The notes beneath the pieces are model-generated. The model was not told the DNA's origin. It did not search any database and saw only the letters and a program-made list of their open reading frames with translations. A DNA stretch of 63,469 nucleotides, filler included, from Octopus bimaculoides (lineage: Eukaryota), in the NCBI RefSeq assembly GCF_001194135.2. It is 6 parts of 6 records of this genome, joined end to end, with 100 filler letters (N's around TTAATTAATTAA, not from the genome) between each part and the next. Parts side by side here need not be neighbours in the genome. Positions count along the whole stretch, not along the records: positions 1 to 7,403 come from NC_069006.1; positions 7,504 to 25,752 come from NC_068989.1; 4 more parts are not named here. One strand, given 5' to 3'. The translations under genes and the position numbers were made by a program. Of the stretch, positions 1 through 12,016 are shown piece after piece (position 1 is the stretch's first letter; every line of letters begins with the position of its first letter).

Positions 1-51
1 CATGTGTGTATATGTGTATGTGTGCCTGTGTGTATATATATATATATATAT

Positions 52-235
52 GGGAGAATTTACGAAAAAAACAACAGACGAAGACAGGTGGTGTAAACAA
101 CAAATGGATGTATTAGTTTAATACTCGGGAATCGAGAAAGTCTTTGACGTTTCGAGTCTACGCTCTTCAACTGAAAGGAACACAGAAAGAAACAAGGAGA
201 GAAAAAAATATAAATGTAGTGGTCAGCGATCTATC
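52..235 (-). mobile_element. Penelope-like element terminal remnant (copy 1)
   Basis: Aligns along its length with 24935-25120 (gaagacaggtg...tattagttt...gtcttt.acgtttcgag....gctcttcaac.gaaag...gtgg..agcgatc...catgg). Carries a hammerhead-like motif of the kind known from Penelope pseudo-LTRs. Confidence 0.6.
141..178 (-). ncRNA. minimal hammerhead-ribozyme-like motif, variant core (copy 1)
   Basis: Minus strand CCUUU-CAGUUGAA-GAGC GUAG ACUC-GAAAC-GUC-AAAGA. Stem I CUUU/AAAG, stem II with one mismatch, GAAAC-GUC end. Confidence 0.45.
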
Positions 236-518
236 ATGGCGAATGCCGCACAGAAGGTTCACACAGGAGAGCTAAGAAAAAAGGGAGGTAACAAAGGGAA
301 AAGAAGTGGTGAACCCAAGACGAGAAGCTGTGTGTGTGTGTGTGTGTGTGAGAATGCTGGTGATCTTAACGTATGTGTGTGTGTATGTAGGTGTGAAAAA
401 GTGGGGAAGGGAGTTGGTCAGTGCTAGTGTGTGCGTAGTGGTGTGTTGTGAAGTGATGTGTGATATGGTGCAGCGTGGTGTGATGTGAGAGTGTTGGGAG
501 GTGGGGGAGGCATATATA

Positions 519-554
<36 letters not shown>

Positions 555-779
555 TACATGTATGTCTGTATGTATGTACACATATATACTTGAAAAAATT
601 AATAGAAATAGCTTTTCTAATAATTTTTCCACTTTAATAATTTAATGTTTATAAGTTTAACTTATAAACATCGAATATTTAAAACATCTAATTATTAAAG
701 TGGGAAAATTATTTGAAAAGCTTTTTGTATTTCTTTTTTTTTCAAATATATAATACCATTCCAAAGATTTCCCATTTCT

Positions 780-810
<31 letters not shown>

Positions 811-869
811 ACTACTACACATATACTTAAGTATGTATGTTTGTATATGGATATTTCTATGTATGAGAT

Positions 870-1075
870 TTTGTGTTTGTCCTCCACCACTGCTTGACAA
901 CTGAGGTTGGTTTGTTTACATCCCCGTAACTTAACAGTTTGTCAAAAGCGACCGATGGAATAAGTTCCAGGCTTAAAAAGTAAGTACTGAGGTCGGTTCG
1001 TCTGACAAACTTTTCAAGTCAGTGCTACAGCATGGCCGGAATCCAATGACTGAAACAAGTTGAAAATAAAGGGTA
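870..1075 (+). mobile_element. SINE family B, diverged 3' half
   Basis: Matches gcttgacaac...tttacatccccgtaactta...cagcatggcc...aatgactgaaacaag of the full copies at 12017-12428 and 32361-32737. Confidence 0.8.
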
Positions 1076-1277
1076 AAATTTGTGTGTGTGTGTGTGTGTG
1101 TTTTCCATTATGTATTCGCCTGTATCTTTATGTAACATTCACACAATGCTCAAGACGATAAAGTAGAGTAGGAATAATGGAATCGAATACACTGTATATA
1201 TAAAGATATACACGCAAGCTTCAAAAGGATGTACGAATATTAATATTAATACATATATGTGTATGCTTACGCTTATG

Positions 1278-1311
<34 letters not shown>

Positions 1312-1949
1312 CATACATGAAGATATAATTAAAATTCAAACATACGACGTTTGTTGTACATGGCCTTATTTTGCAAGAAATGGCCTAGAGAAAAAACCAT
1401 TTCCCTTTAAAACGATAAAAATGGAAAACTCGATAATAAACACAGAGATATCTCTATATCTCACTGATATATCAAATAATATTAAATATCTCCAAATGGT
1501 CTTGGAGAATATTGGCAGCGAGTGGAATGTTGTCTTGGAATGCTGATAGATAAAGAAATACCCGAAGCTGATAAAAGATGAGCTGCGCTCGAAAAATTCT
1601 CTTCAAAAGATATGCTTTAGATAATTTTGGAACCGCTTTGAGTTTTTCTATTATTATTATTATTATTATTTAGTTTTTTTTTTTTTATTTCTTCCTCGTC
1701 CTCTTCTTGTAATCAGATTCTTCCAAGAAAAAGTAATAGATTTTCGCTTCGAGTGTTTCAGAAAGGAAAGTGAATTAAATTTAAAAAATAAATAAATAAA
1801 AGCAAAATAAGAATAAAACAATAAAATAAAAATAACCTATTATTTCCATTTTCTGTATAAATAGCTGGATGGCTTTAATTGCAAGCATTTATCACTTATC
1901 ACATCTCGACAATATTTGAAAAATATGTAAGGAAAGAAAATATCTTTTT

Positions 1950-2257
1950 TGTGCGTGTTTTTATTTATGTTATTTTTGTCTTTTTATAAAAAAGTATTTT
2001 TAACAAATAGCTTCCAGTTAAAGCTGATATGAACACTATTGTGTTATGTATGCATATCTGTAAGTGTGTGTATATGCGTGTAAATATCCATGTGAGTGTA
2101 TGGATATATATAAGTACAAATACGCCTATATATACCTTTATATACACACACAAATACATACATACACAAGTAAGTATATTCATGACATACACATATATAT
2201 GTATATATATACTTATACATATTTTACACATTTCCACACACACACACACACACACAC

Positions 2258-2300
<43 letters not shown>

Positions 2301-2822
2301 TACATTTACACATACACGTATACACACATATCCACATATATTTACACACATCTATATAGGTATCCATGCGTTTACATACAAAGATATTAACATGCTGCAT
2401 ACATTCACGTATATATACGTGTTGTGCGTGCGTGTGTGTGCATGTGTGTACACACACATACATATATCCCAATGAAAATAGATGAGGTTTTTGGTGCAGT
2501 GTATAGCAGCAAAGTTTGTATCTATGGTAATCGGCACGATTTTCATGCTAGAGCATGTGTGAGTGTGTCTATGAGCCTGTGTGTGTCTCTTGCATGTGTG
2601 CGCCGCGTGTGTGTGTGTGTTGTGCGTGTCTGTGTCTTGTAAGCCTATGTGTTATTTGGGAGTCATGTGTGTCTGTGTTTTGTCTGTGTATTGGATGTGT
2701 CTTTATGGTATTTGTGTCTGCTGCGTAAGTCTGTGCCTGTGTGCTGTACTTGTATGTCGTGTTCTTGTGTGTTGTGTATGTATGTACTGTGTGCGGGTGT
2801 GTGTTGTGTGCGCTTGTGTGCA
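1950..2822. repeat. compound (TA)/(CA)/(TG) microsatellite tract
   Basis: Directly visible low-complexity dinucleotide mosaics. Similar tracts occur throughout the window, e.g. 3720-4810, 20130-20860, 23030-23810, 33420-34480 and 49750-50270. Confidence 0.95.
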
Positions 2823-2879
2823 CAACAGCGTATTTAAAAATGTTATGCCAGAGCTATATCGTCTTTTATTTGGTTCAAT

Positions 2880-3560
2880 GAAACAGTCATCGGCCTGCCT
2901 GTTCCGTATAAATTACATTCTGTTATTGGACGACATGATTGGATTTCGTCACTAGCAGCGCCATCTTAACATTTCGAATTCGTCGTAACAGAACGATAAA
3001 TATAATCTTTCCTCTTTAGACCGGCGAAAGAGAAAGGAAAAGGAAAAGGAAATGGAAGAGAGAAAAATCTATAAAAATTCGGTGAAATAGTGAAAGGAGA
3101 AAATAGCGAAAAGAACTGCTGCTATGGCGGTTGGTGTCTTAGTGAGTGAGAGATAATATATTGATTGCCAGCGTTGTCAAAGCCGAACAGATTATCTTCT
3201 GCTTTATTTGAAAGTCTTCAATTGGCAGACGATAGATAGCTGACAGCAGAGGGATGGTTGTCGGACAAGTGAGCGAGTCAGCAGCCAGTTTATCCATTGT
3301 CGACAAAAGCCTATATCGACTGCTACACTCAGCTCTCTACTTTACTATGAATAAATATATTAATCCATTGAACACATAATTGCTAATACTTCACCGGTCG
3401 CCATTTTGTTCGCTAATATACTCCATACCTGCCTCTTCCGCCTCTGGCTTTCTATTTTGATAGCTTGTTTTATCAACTGATTCACTTTTCGTTCTACATC
3501 ACTCTTGTACATTAAAATAACCACTATGCACTACACACACGCCCCCCCGCCACTTTCCTT
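2880..3560. promoter_or_regulatory. repeat-free, CpG-enriched promoter-like island
   Basis: ATTGG (reverse CCAAT) at 2925 and 2938. YY1-type CGCCATCTT at 2959 and CGCCATTTT at 3399. ETS-type CTTCCG at 3435 and a GC-box-like run near 3541. Lies between microsatellite blocks. Confidence 0.4.
3360..3512 (-). CDS. candidate 50-aa small ORF, or first coding exon 3429-3512 ending at CAG|GTATGG
   Basis: MYKSDVERKVNQLIKQAIKIESQRRKRQ|VWSILANKMATGEVLAIMCSMD*. Non-repetitive, with a phase-0 donor after codon 28. No homolog recognised. Confidence 0.2.
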   Translation of the reverse strand: MYKSDVERKVNQLIKQAIKIESQRRKRQVWSILANKMATGEVLAIMCSMD

Positions 3561-4265
3561 CCCTTTCTCTTCCATCTCATTTTTCTCTCTCTTACTCTCC
3601 TCCTGCGTTCTATCTCTGTCTTTCCTCTTCTCTACTCACCTACCTCCTTTCTTTTTTTCTCCTTTTTCTGATTTCATATTCAAGAAGCATGAGTAATATT
3701 TCTTGTTACATCCACTGTTTTGTGTGTACGTGTGTTGGTGCGCGTGCGCGCGTTTGTACGTGTGTTGCTGCGTGTGTGCGCAACGTGTATTGATGTATGT
3801 GTGTTGCTAAGTGCGTGTGTATGTGTGTACATGTGTTGATGTGTGTGTGTATGCGTGCATATGTGGGTAAGACATATCGGAGCTAGTAGACTTATATACA
3901 GACAAATCGATAAGATTCATATATACATGTACATGCATACAAATATATATACTTACAAACACATACAGACACACAAATGCATGCAGACGCGTATACATAC
4001 ACACACGCATACATACATATATATTTGTCGGTGTCTACGTACGTATGTGTATACAGTATATATTTACGTATGTATGTATGTAGACATACTATATGCGTAC
4101 GGAGAGAGATATATCTACAAAAATATATGGATGAACGGGCGGAAATATAGGCGAATAGTTAGTTATCTAGGAAGACATACAGGCAGATTTGCTCGTCCGT
4201 CTGTCGATGCGTGCGTGTGTGAGTGTGTGTGAGTGTATGCATGCATGCATGCATGCATGCGTGTC

Positions 4266-4316
<51 letters not shown>

Positions 4317-4614
4317 TGGAGAGTGAGAGAGTGAGAGAGAGAGGAGAAAGAGTATATATTTATAGCGAAAGAGAGAGAAAGATGTATAGATATAATTTCC
4401 ATATATTAATATGTAGTTAGACGTGTGTATATAGAGATATACATCCATACATGTATACAAGCATAAATACACACACACACACACACATATACGTGCATAC
4501 AAATATCTAGAAAGGAGTGCATGCATGCATACAACCATAAATATAAATACATGCGTTCATTCATATATACATACAGTCAAGCAGATATATATTTAGAGGT
4601 AGATAGATACTCTG

Positions 4615-4649
<35 letters not shown>

Positions 4650-4909
4650 GAGAGATAGAGATAGGCAGACAAACTGATAGACATATAGGTATAGTTAGAG
4701 AGATAGACAGACAGGCAGACGCACAGACCGGCCGACAGATAGACAAGCAGACAGTCAATCAGTCAGACAGGCAGTCGGACAGACAGCAGACAGACAGATA
4801 GTCAGAGAGACAAGATACGTGCGTAAAACTGTTTGAAATGTGATTTTCTCGTGCGTGTTGTACAGAAATTTGGAAAAGAAATATTGGAATCTCCATTGTG
4901 ATTTATATT

Positions 4910-5229
4910 TTTTATTTATTTATTTATTTATTTATGCGCCCTTTTCAAGCCTAGCCAGGCCCATGGGCCCGGTTTCCCGGTTTCTATGGCGTATATGTTC
5001 CTCCCAGCTGGACGGGACGCCAGTCCATCGCAGCGTTACTCAAGAAACAGGAAGAAAGAGTGAGAGAAAGCTGGGGCGAAAGAGTACAACAGGGGTCGCC
5101 ACCCCACCCCCTGCCGGAGCCTTGTGGAGCTTTAGGTGTTTTCGCTCAATAAACACACACAACGCCCGGTGTGGGAATCGAAACCGCGATCCTCCGACCA
5201 CGAGCCGCTGCCCTAACCACTGGGCCATT
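4910..5229 (-). mobile_element. SINE with family-A head/body and an alternative tail ending in (AAAT)n
   Basis: 5040-5229 matches the family A head/body, including B-box GGTTTCGATTCC. 4936-5035 matches 44647-44741 and resembles the 59118-59230 tail. Truncated by a gap. Confidence 0.85.
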
Positions 5230-6984
5230 NNNNNNNNNNNNNNNNNNNNNNNNNNNNNNNNNNNNNNNNNNNNNNNNNNNNNNNNNNNNNNNNNNNNNNN
5301 NNNNNNNNNNNNNNNNNNNNNNNNNNNNNNNNNNNNNNNNNNNNNNNNNNNNNNNNNNNNNNNNNNNNNNNNNNNNNNNNNNNNNNNNNNNNNNNNNNNN
5401 NNNNNNNNNNNNNNNNNNNNNNNNNNNNNNNNNNNNNNNNNNNNNNNNNNNNNNNNNNNNNNNNNNNNNNNNNNNNNNNNNNNNNNNNNNNNNNNNNNNN
5501 NNNNNNNNNNNNNNNNNNNNNNNNNNNNNNNNNNNNNNNNNNNNNNNNNNNNNNNNNNNNNNNNNNNNNNNNNNNNNNNNNNNNNNNNNNNNNNNNNNNN
5601 NNNNNNNNNNNNNNNNNNNNNNNNNNNNNNNNNNNNNNNNNNNNNNNNNNNNNNNNNNNNNNNNNNNNNNNNNNNNNNNNNNNNNNNNNNNNNNNNNNNN
5701 NNNNNNNNNNNNNNNNNNNNNNNNNNNNNNNNNNNNNNNNNNNNNNNNNNNNNNNNNNNNNNNNNNNNNNNNNNNNNNNNNNNNNNNNNNNNNNNNNNNN
5801 NNNNNNNNNNNNNNNNNNNNNNNNNNNNNNNNNNNNNNNNNNNNNNNNNNNNNNNNNNNNNNNNNNNNNNNNNNNNNNNNNNNNNNNNNNNNNNNNNNNN
5901 NNNNNNNNNNNNNNNNNNNNNNNNNNNNNNNNNNNNNNNNNNNNNNNNNNNNNNNNNNNNNNNNNNNNNNNNNNNNNNNNNNNNNNNNNNNNNNNNNNNN
6001 NNNNNNNNNNNNNNNNNNNNNNNNNNNNNNNNNNNNNNNNNNNNNNNNNNNNNNNNNNNNNNNNNNNNNNNNNNNNNNNNNNNNNNNNNNNNNNNNNNNN
6101 NNNNNNNNNNNNNNNNNNNNNNNNNNNNNNNNNNNNNNNNNNNNNNNNNNNNNNNNNNNNNNNNNNNNNNNNNNNNNNNNNNNNNNNNNNNNNNNNNNNN
6201 NNNNNNNNNNNNNNNNNNNNGTGTGTGTGTTCATCTATGTAACATCTATTACACTATTATATAGCTAACAATATTATGAAACAGCTGTAAACGAATGGAG
6301 TAAACGTCTACTTTCTCACTCCACTTCTCTTATGTATTACACACACACACACACACACATATTTATGAAGATCTAGGCGCGTATCTGCTATTACGAAACT
6401 TTTCAAGTAACTAATTCGAATCAACTTATTAAAGACGAACCCCACAAAATGTAATGAAAGGTATTTACCTTCATTTGTCCCCCCACCCCGTGTGTGCGTG
6501 CGTGTGTGTGTGAGCGTGTGTGTATGTGTGAGCGTGTATTTGTGTATGTGTGTGTGTATAAACGGAGAAAGGAAAGAAAGGAAGGGGATTGCACTCACCA
6601 ATCAAAATATTCATCCAGGACGTGTGCGTGTATGAATATATGCGTATGTATATGTGTGCGTATGTATGTGTGTGTGTGCATGTGTGCGTATGTATATATG
6701 TGTATGTGTGTATGTATATGTGTATGTGTGTATGTATGTATGTATGTATGAATGTATGTATAAGTGNNNNNNNNNNACACACACATACTCACACACACAC
6801 ATACCATAAAGAGAAAAATTAAACACGCTACCATTTTATTTCTTTCTAAATGATTGGTTTAAGATCTAAATTGACAAATAACTGACTAATGCGATTATTG
6901 CTAACGATGTTGGCAATATAACAGCGACGCGCGTGTATAGATGTGTACGGTTGGGAAGGTGCCTGTCTCTCACACACTCATAAA

Positions 6985-7150
6985 CAATATTTTATCGCTT
7001 GCTCGTCTCAGTTATTGGACAGCGGCCATACTGGAACACCGCCTTGGAGGGTTTTAGACGAACGAATGGGTCCCAGCACTTACTTTTTAGAGCCTGGTGC
7101 TTGCTTTATCGTGATCTGTGACCGAAACGGTGGTGGGGAACAAACATAAA
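6985..7150 (-). mobile_element. SINE family B, diverged 3' part
   Basis: cagttattggacagcggccatactggaacaccgcc is a diverged version of cagtcatttgactgcggccatgctggagcaccgcc. Confidence 0.65.
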
Positions 7151-7160
7151 CACACACACA

Positions 7161-7282
7161 GGGTCGTGGAGCTTTCGGTGTTTTCGCTCTATAAATACTG
7201 ACAACGCCAGGTTTGGGAATCGAAACCGCGATGTTATGACCGCGAGTCGCTGCCCTAACCACTGGACCATTGCGCCTCCACA
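7161..7282 (-). mobile_element. SINE family A, tRNA-like head only
   Basis: Reverse complement of tgtggaggcgcaatggtccagtggttagggcagcg...ggtttcgattccc (A and B boxes). Confidence 0.85.
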
Positions 7283-7333
7283 CACACACACACATACAAT
7301 TGCAGCGTGGAAGATGTTTCTAAGCCACTTAAG

Positions 7334-7403
<70 letters not shown>

Positions 7404-7503
7404 NNNNNNNNNNNNNNNNNNNNNNNNNNNNNNNNNNNNNNNNNNNNTTAATTAATTAANNNNNNNNNNNNNNNNNNNNNNNNNNNNNNNNNNNNNNNNN
7501 NNN
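7404..7503. other. synthetic scaffold-join spacer 44N+TTAATTAATTAA+44N
   Basis: Exact 100-bp structure repeated five times. The 12-mer gives stops in all six frames. Confidence 0.95.
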
Positions 7504-7865
7504 GGTGATGGGTGGTGGTGGTGGTGGTGGTGGTGGTAGTGATGGGTGGTGGTGGTGGTAGTAGCAGTAGTGTTGTTTTTGTTGTTGGTGGTGGTGATTG
7601 TCATCATCATCATCATCATCATCATTATCATTGCCAGCATTGTTTCGCCATCAGCAGGGTGGTATTGGTGGTGGTAATGATGGTGGTGGAGGTTGGTCAT
7701 CGTCGTCATCGTCGCCATAGTGATAATCATCATCACCATCATTGTCATCATTGTCATCATTGTCATCATTGTCATCATCGTTATGGCGGTGGTGGTCATG
7801 GCGAATCTGTCGATAGCAGTGATAAATTATGTTGGGTATAGTATAGTGCTATTGTAGCTGTTGTT
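7504..7865. repeat. (GGT)/(CAT)-rich triplet microsatellite
   Basis: Direct. Confidence 0.9.
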
Positions 7866-7879
7866 GATGTTGTAGTTAT

Positions 7880-8030
7880 TTAGCCTCCACCCCCACCCAA
7901 GTTAACTCTGACTGACCAAACCCATGATCAAACTCATTCCGACCATGACCATCCCACATTATCATATGAGTTCTTTGAAATGATAGTATGTAATCCGAGG
8001 GAGATTTGGCTGCTATTTTACCACCCTGGC
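7880..8030 (-). mobile_element. SINE-like family D remnant
   Basis: Shares atgatcaaa..cattcc...atgaccatccc and gagggagatttggctgctattt with 57235-57450, 21313-21380, 15000-15170 and, inverted, 41560-41745. Confidence 0.5.
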
Positions 8031-8485
8031 ATTGTTACCACCACCACCACCACCATTACCACCATCATTCCCACAACCATCATCATATTGACTACTTATA
8101 CTACCACCTTTGCCACCTTACCACTGTTATACTACAACCAATACCACCAACACCATATCTATTACTGCCACCACCTTTAGCACAGCCAATGGTATTGTCA
8201 TCTACACCACAATACCATCGTCATTTTCATCACTATTACCGCTACCATTACCACCACTACCACTACCACCAACACACCACCACCACTACCTCCACCACCG
8301 CCATCAATGCACTACCACCACTACCACCCACGTTACTACCACCATCAACATTACTGCCACCGCCGCCACCACCACTGCCATCAACACCACTACCACCACC
8401 ACTACCACCAATACCATCAACAGCACCACCACCAACAGCACCACCACCACTACCACCAATACCACCAACAGCACCACCACCAACA
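8030..8485. repeat. (ACC)/(ACT)-rich triplet microsatellite
   Basis: Direct; runs into a gap. Confidence 0.9.
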
Positions 8486-9720
8486 NNNNNNNNNNNNNNN
8501 NNNNNNNNNNNNNNNNNNNNNNNNNNNNNNNNNNNNNNNNNNNNNNNNNNNNNNNNNNNNNNNNNNNNNNNNNNNNNNNNNNNNNNNNNNNNNNNNNNNN
8601 NNNNNNNNNNNNNNNNNNNNNNNNNNNNNNNNNNNNNNNNNNNNNNNNNNNNNNNNNNNNNNNNNNNNNNNNNNNNNNNNNNNNNNNNNNNNNNNNNNNN
8701 NNNNNNNNNNNNNNNNNNNNNNNNNNNNNNNNNNNNNNNNNNNNNNNNNNNNNNNNNNNNNNNNNNNNNNNNNNNNNNNNNNNNNNNNNNNNNNNNNNNN
8801 NNNNNNNNNNNNNNNNNNNNNNNNNNNNNNNNNNNNNNNNNNNNNNNNNNNNNNNNNNNNNNNNNNNNNNNNNNNNNNNNNNNNNNNNNNNNNNNNNNNN
8901 NNNNNNNNNNNNNNNNNNNNNNNNNNNNNNNNNNNNNNNNNNNNNNNNNNNNNNNNNNNNNNNNNNNNNNNNNNNNNNNNNNNNNNNNNNNNNNNNNNNN
9001 NNNNNNNNNNNNNNNNNNNNNNNNNNNNNNNNNNNNNNNNNNNNNNNNNNNNNNNNNNNNNNNNNNNNNNNNNNNNNNNNNNNNNNNNNNNNNNNNNNNN
9101 NNNNNNNNNNNNNNNNNNNNNNNNNNNNNNNNNNNNNNNNNNNNNNNNNNNNNNNNNNNNNNNNNNNNNNNNNNNNNNNNNNNNNNNNNNNNNNNNNNNN
9201 NNNNNNNNNNNNNNNNNNNNNNNNNNNNNNNNNNNNNNNNNNNNNNNNNNNNNNNNNNNNNNNNNNNNNNNNNNNNNNNNNNNNNNNNNNNNNNNNNNNN
9301 NNNNNNNNNNNNNNNNNNNNNNNNNNNNNNNNNNNNNNNNNNNNNNNNNNNNNNNNNNNNNNNNNNNNNNNNNNNNNNNNNNATATATATAAAATTATTT
9401 ATGTATGTATGTATGTATTTATTTATCTGTAATATATCAAAGCCTTCAGAATGGAATCTTTTGCTGTGTTTTCATTCCATCATGCACTGAATGACTGAAC
9501 GGCGGAGAAAGATTTACAAGTCTTGGCATGTTTAATCTGTTCTGTTGTGTGCACCATTCATTTGCACTTGAAGGCTTCAATGATGACCATACAACGAGGC
9601 ATCCTCCGCACATCAACGCAATTGATAATCGGAGCTATTTCAGACTGCCCTTGGCTGTCTGTCTGTCTGTCTGATCAGATGAGACCGTTTTATTTACTTA
9701 TTTATTTATTCTTTTTTATT

Positions 9721-9942
9721 ATTATTCTTTTACTTGTTTCAGTCATTTGACTGTGGCCATGCTGGAGCACTACCTTTAGTCGAACAAATCGACCCCCACA
9801 CCCACCCAGGACTTTTGTTCGTAAGCTTGGTATTTATTCTATAGGTCTCTTTTGCTGAACCGCTAAGTTACGGGGATGGGACGTTAAACACACCAGCATC
9901 AGTTGTCGAGCGATGTTGGCAGGACAAACACACACACAAACA
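9721..9942 (-). mobile_element. SINE family B, 3' half
   Basis: Close match to 12017-12210. Confidence 0.9.
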
Positions 9943-10332
9943 TTGTTGTTGTTGGCACTCCGTCGCTTACGACGTCGAGGGTTCCAGTTGATCCGGTCAA
10001 CAGAACAGCCTGCTCGTGAAATTAACGTGCAAGCGGCTGAGCATTCCACAGATACATGTACCCTTAACGTAGTTCTCAGGGATATTCAGCGTGACACAGT
10101 GTGACAAGGCTGACCCTTTGAATTACAGGCACAACAGAAACAGGAAGATAGAGTGAGAGAAAGTTGTGGTGAAAGAGTACAACAGGGTTCGCCACCATCC
10201 CCTGCCGGAGCCTCGTGGAGCTTTAGGTGTTTTCGCTCAATAAACACTCACAATGCCTGATCTGGGAATCGAAACCGTGATCCTATGACCGTATGTCCGC
10301 TGCCCTAACCACTGGGCCATTGCACCTCCACA
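9943..10332 (-). mobile_element. SINE family A, full length
   Basis: Reverse complement of 48511-48897 over ~390 bp, with Pol III boxes and a (CAA)n tail. Confidence 0.95.
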
Positions 10333-10769
10333 GGAGGAGTCAAAGTAATGACTCAGAAAACCTCGAACACATTATCTCAGGAGCTGAACAAAAGAGGGGA
10401 AGTGAGAGGAAAAAACGCACTTTATCTGCTGAGACATATATATACACACACATATAAACTGTTAATGGAATATGTATAAAAATGTTTAAAGTTACAGATA
10501 ATTAACTGTAGCTTAGAAACTAAGTATGGAAGTGACATGAATTATGAAAAACTATTTTATTTATTAGTTAATCATTTCATATTATAAAAAATCCATAGAG
10601 TAATATAATAAAATATTTAAAAGGATTTATTTATATAAGTATTGTACACATGTCTCCGTAATAGATATTTATGAAATAAATAATCATTTCATCAGCAATT
10701 GAAATTTTAATAACTGTTTAAAATGAAGTAGAATATGGTGTTCATTATTACAAGTCGAAGAATACAAAC

Positions 10770-10801
<32 letters not shown>

Positions 10802-11582
10802 NNNNNNNNNNNNNNNNNNNNNNNNNNNNNNNNNNNNNNNNNNNNNNNNNNNNNNNNNNNNNNNNNNNNNNNNNNNNNNNNNNNNNNNNNNNNNNNNNNN
10901 NNNNNNNNNNNNNNNNNNNNNNNNNNNNNNNNNNNNNNNNNNNNNNNNNNNNNNNNNNNNNNNNNNNNNNNNNNNNNNNNNNNNNNNNNNNNNNNNNNNN
11001 NNNNNNNNNNNNNNNNNNNNNNNNNNNNNNNNNNNNNNNNNNNNNNNNNNNNNNNNNNNNNNNNNNNNNNNNNNNNNNNNNNNNNNNNNNNNNNNNNNNN
11101 NNNNNNNNNNNNNNNNNNNNNNNNNNNNNNNNNNNNNNNNNNNNNNNNNNNNNNNNNNNNNNNNNNNNNNNNNNNNNNNNNNNNNNNNNNNNNNNNNNNN
11201 NNNNNNNNNNNNNNNNNNNNNNNNNNNNNNNNNNNNNNNNNNNNNNNNNNNNNNNNNNNNNNNNNNNNNNNNNNNNNNNNNNNNNNNNNNNNNNNNNNNN
11301 NNNNNNNNNNNNNNNNNNNNNNNNNNNNNNNNNNNNNNNNNNNNNNNNNNNNNNNNNNNNNNNNNNNNNNNNNNNNNNNNNNNNNNNNNNNNNNNNNNNN
11401 NNNNNNNNNNNNNNNNNNNNNNNNNNNNNNNNNNNNNNNNNNNNNNNNNNNNNNNNNNNNNNNNNNNNNNNNNNNNNNNNNNNNNNNNNNNNNNNNNNNN
11501 NNNNNNNNNNNNNNNNNNNNNNNNNNNNNNNNATATATATAGATAGATAGATAGAGAGAGAGGGAAAGAGAGAGAGAGACAA

Positions 11583-11620
<38 letters not shown>

Positions 11621-12016
11621 CATTTAAACAATCCAAGGACAAAAGTATTTGATACTGAAAAGTACATTGATGTAACAGTTTTTAGTTTGAAGCTGAAGTT
11701 TCACAAATTGAAACACAAAGTTTCATGCTTCCCATCTTCAGGCAATGATAGAAATATCTATTTCCTGAATAAATAATCATTAATATAAATGAAAAATTTT
11801 TAAACTCAAGTAAACTTTTAAGCATAAGAAAACCTTTATAATTGTTTGGAACAGTGTTACGTAAGGGTATCCAGCATTCATAGATGTATGGAGATAGAAA
11901 AATGTTTTCTGAGAATGAAAACAAATGATGATAATTTTATAGAAGAAAATGTGAAACTTTTCTGACATGCATAGGTTACAAAGTTTGTAATTCTCTTTGT
12001 ATCATTCACTATATAC

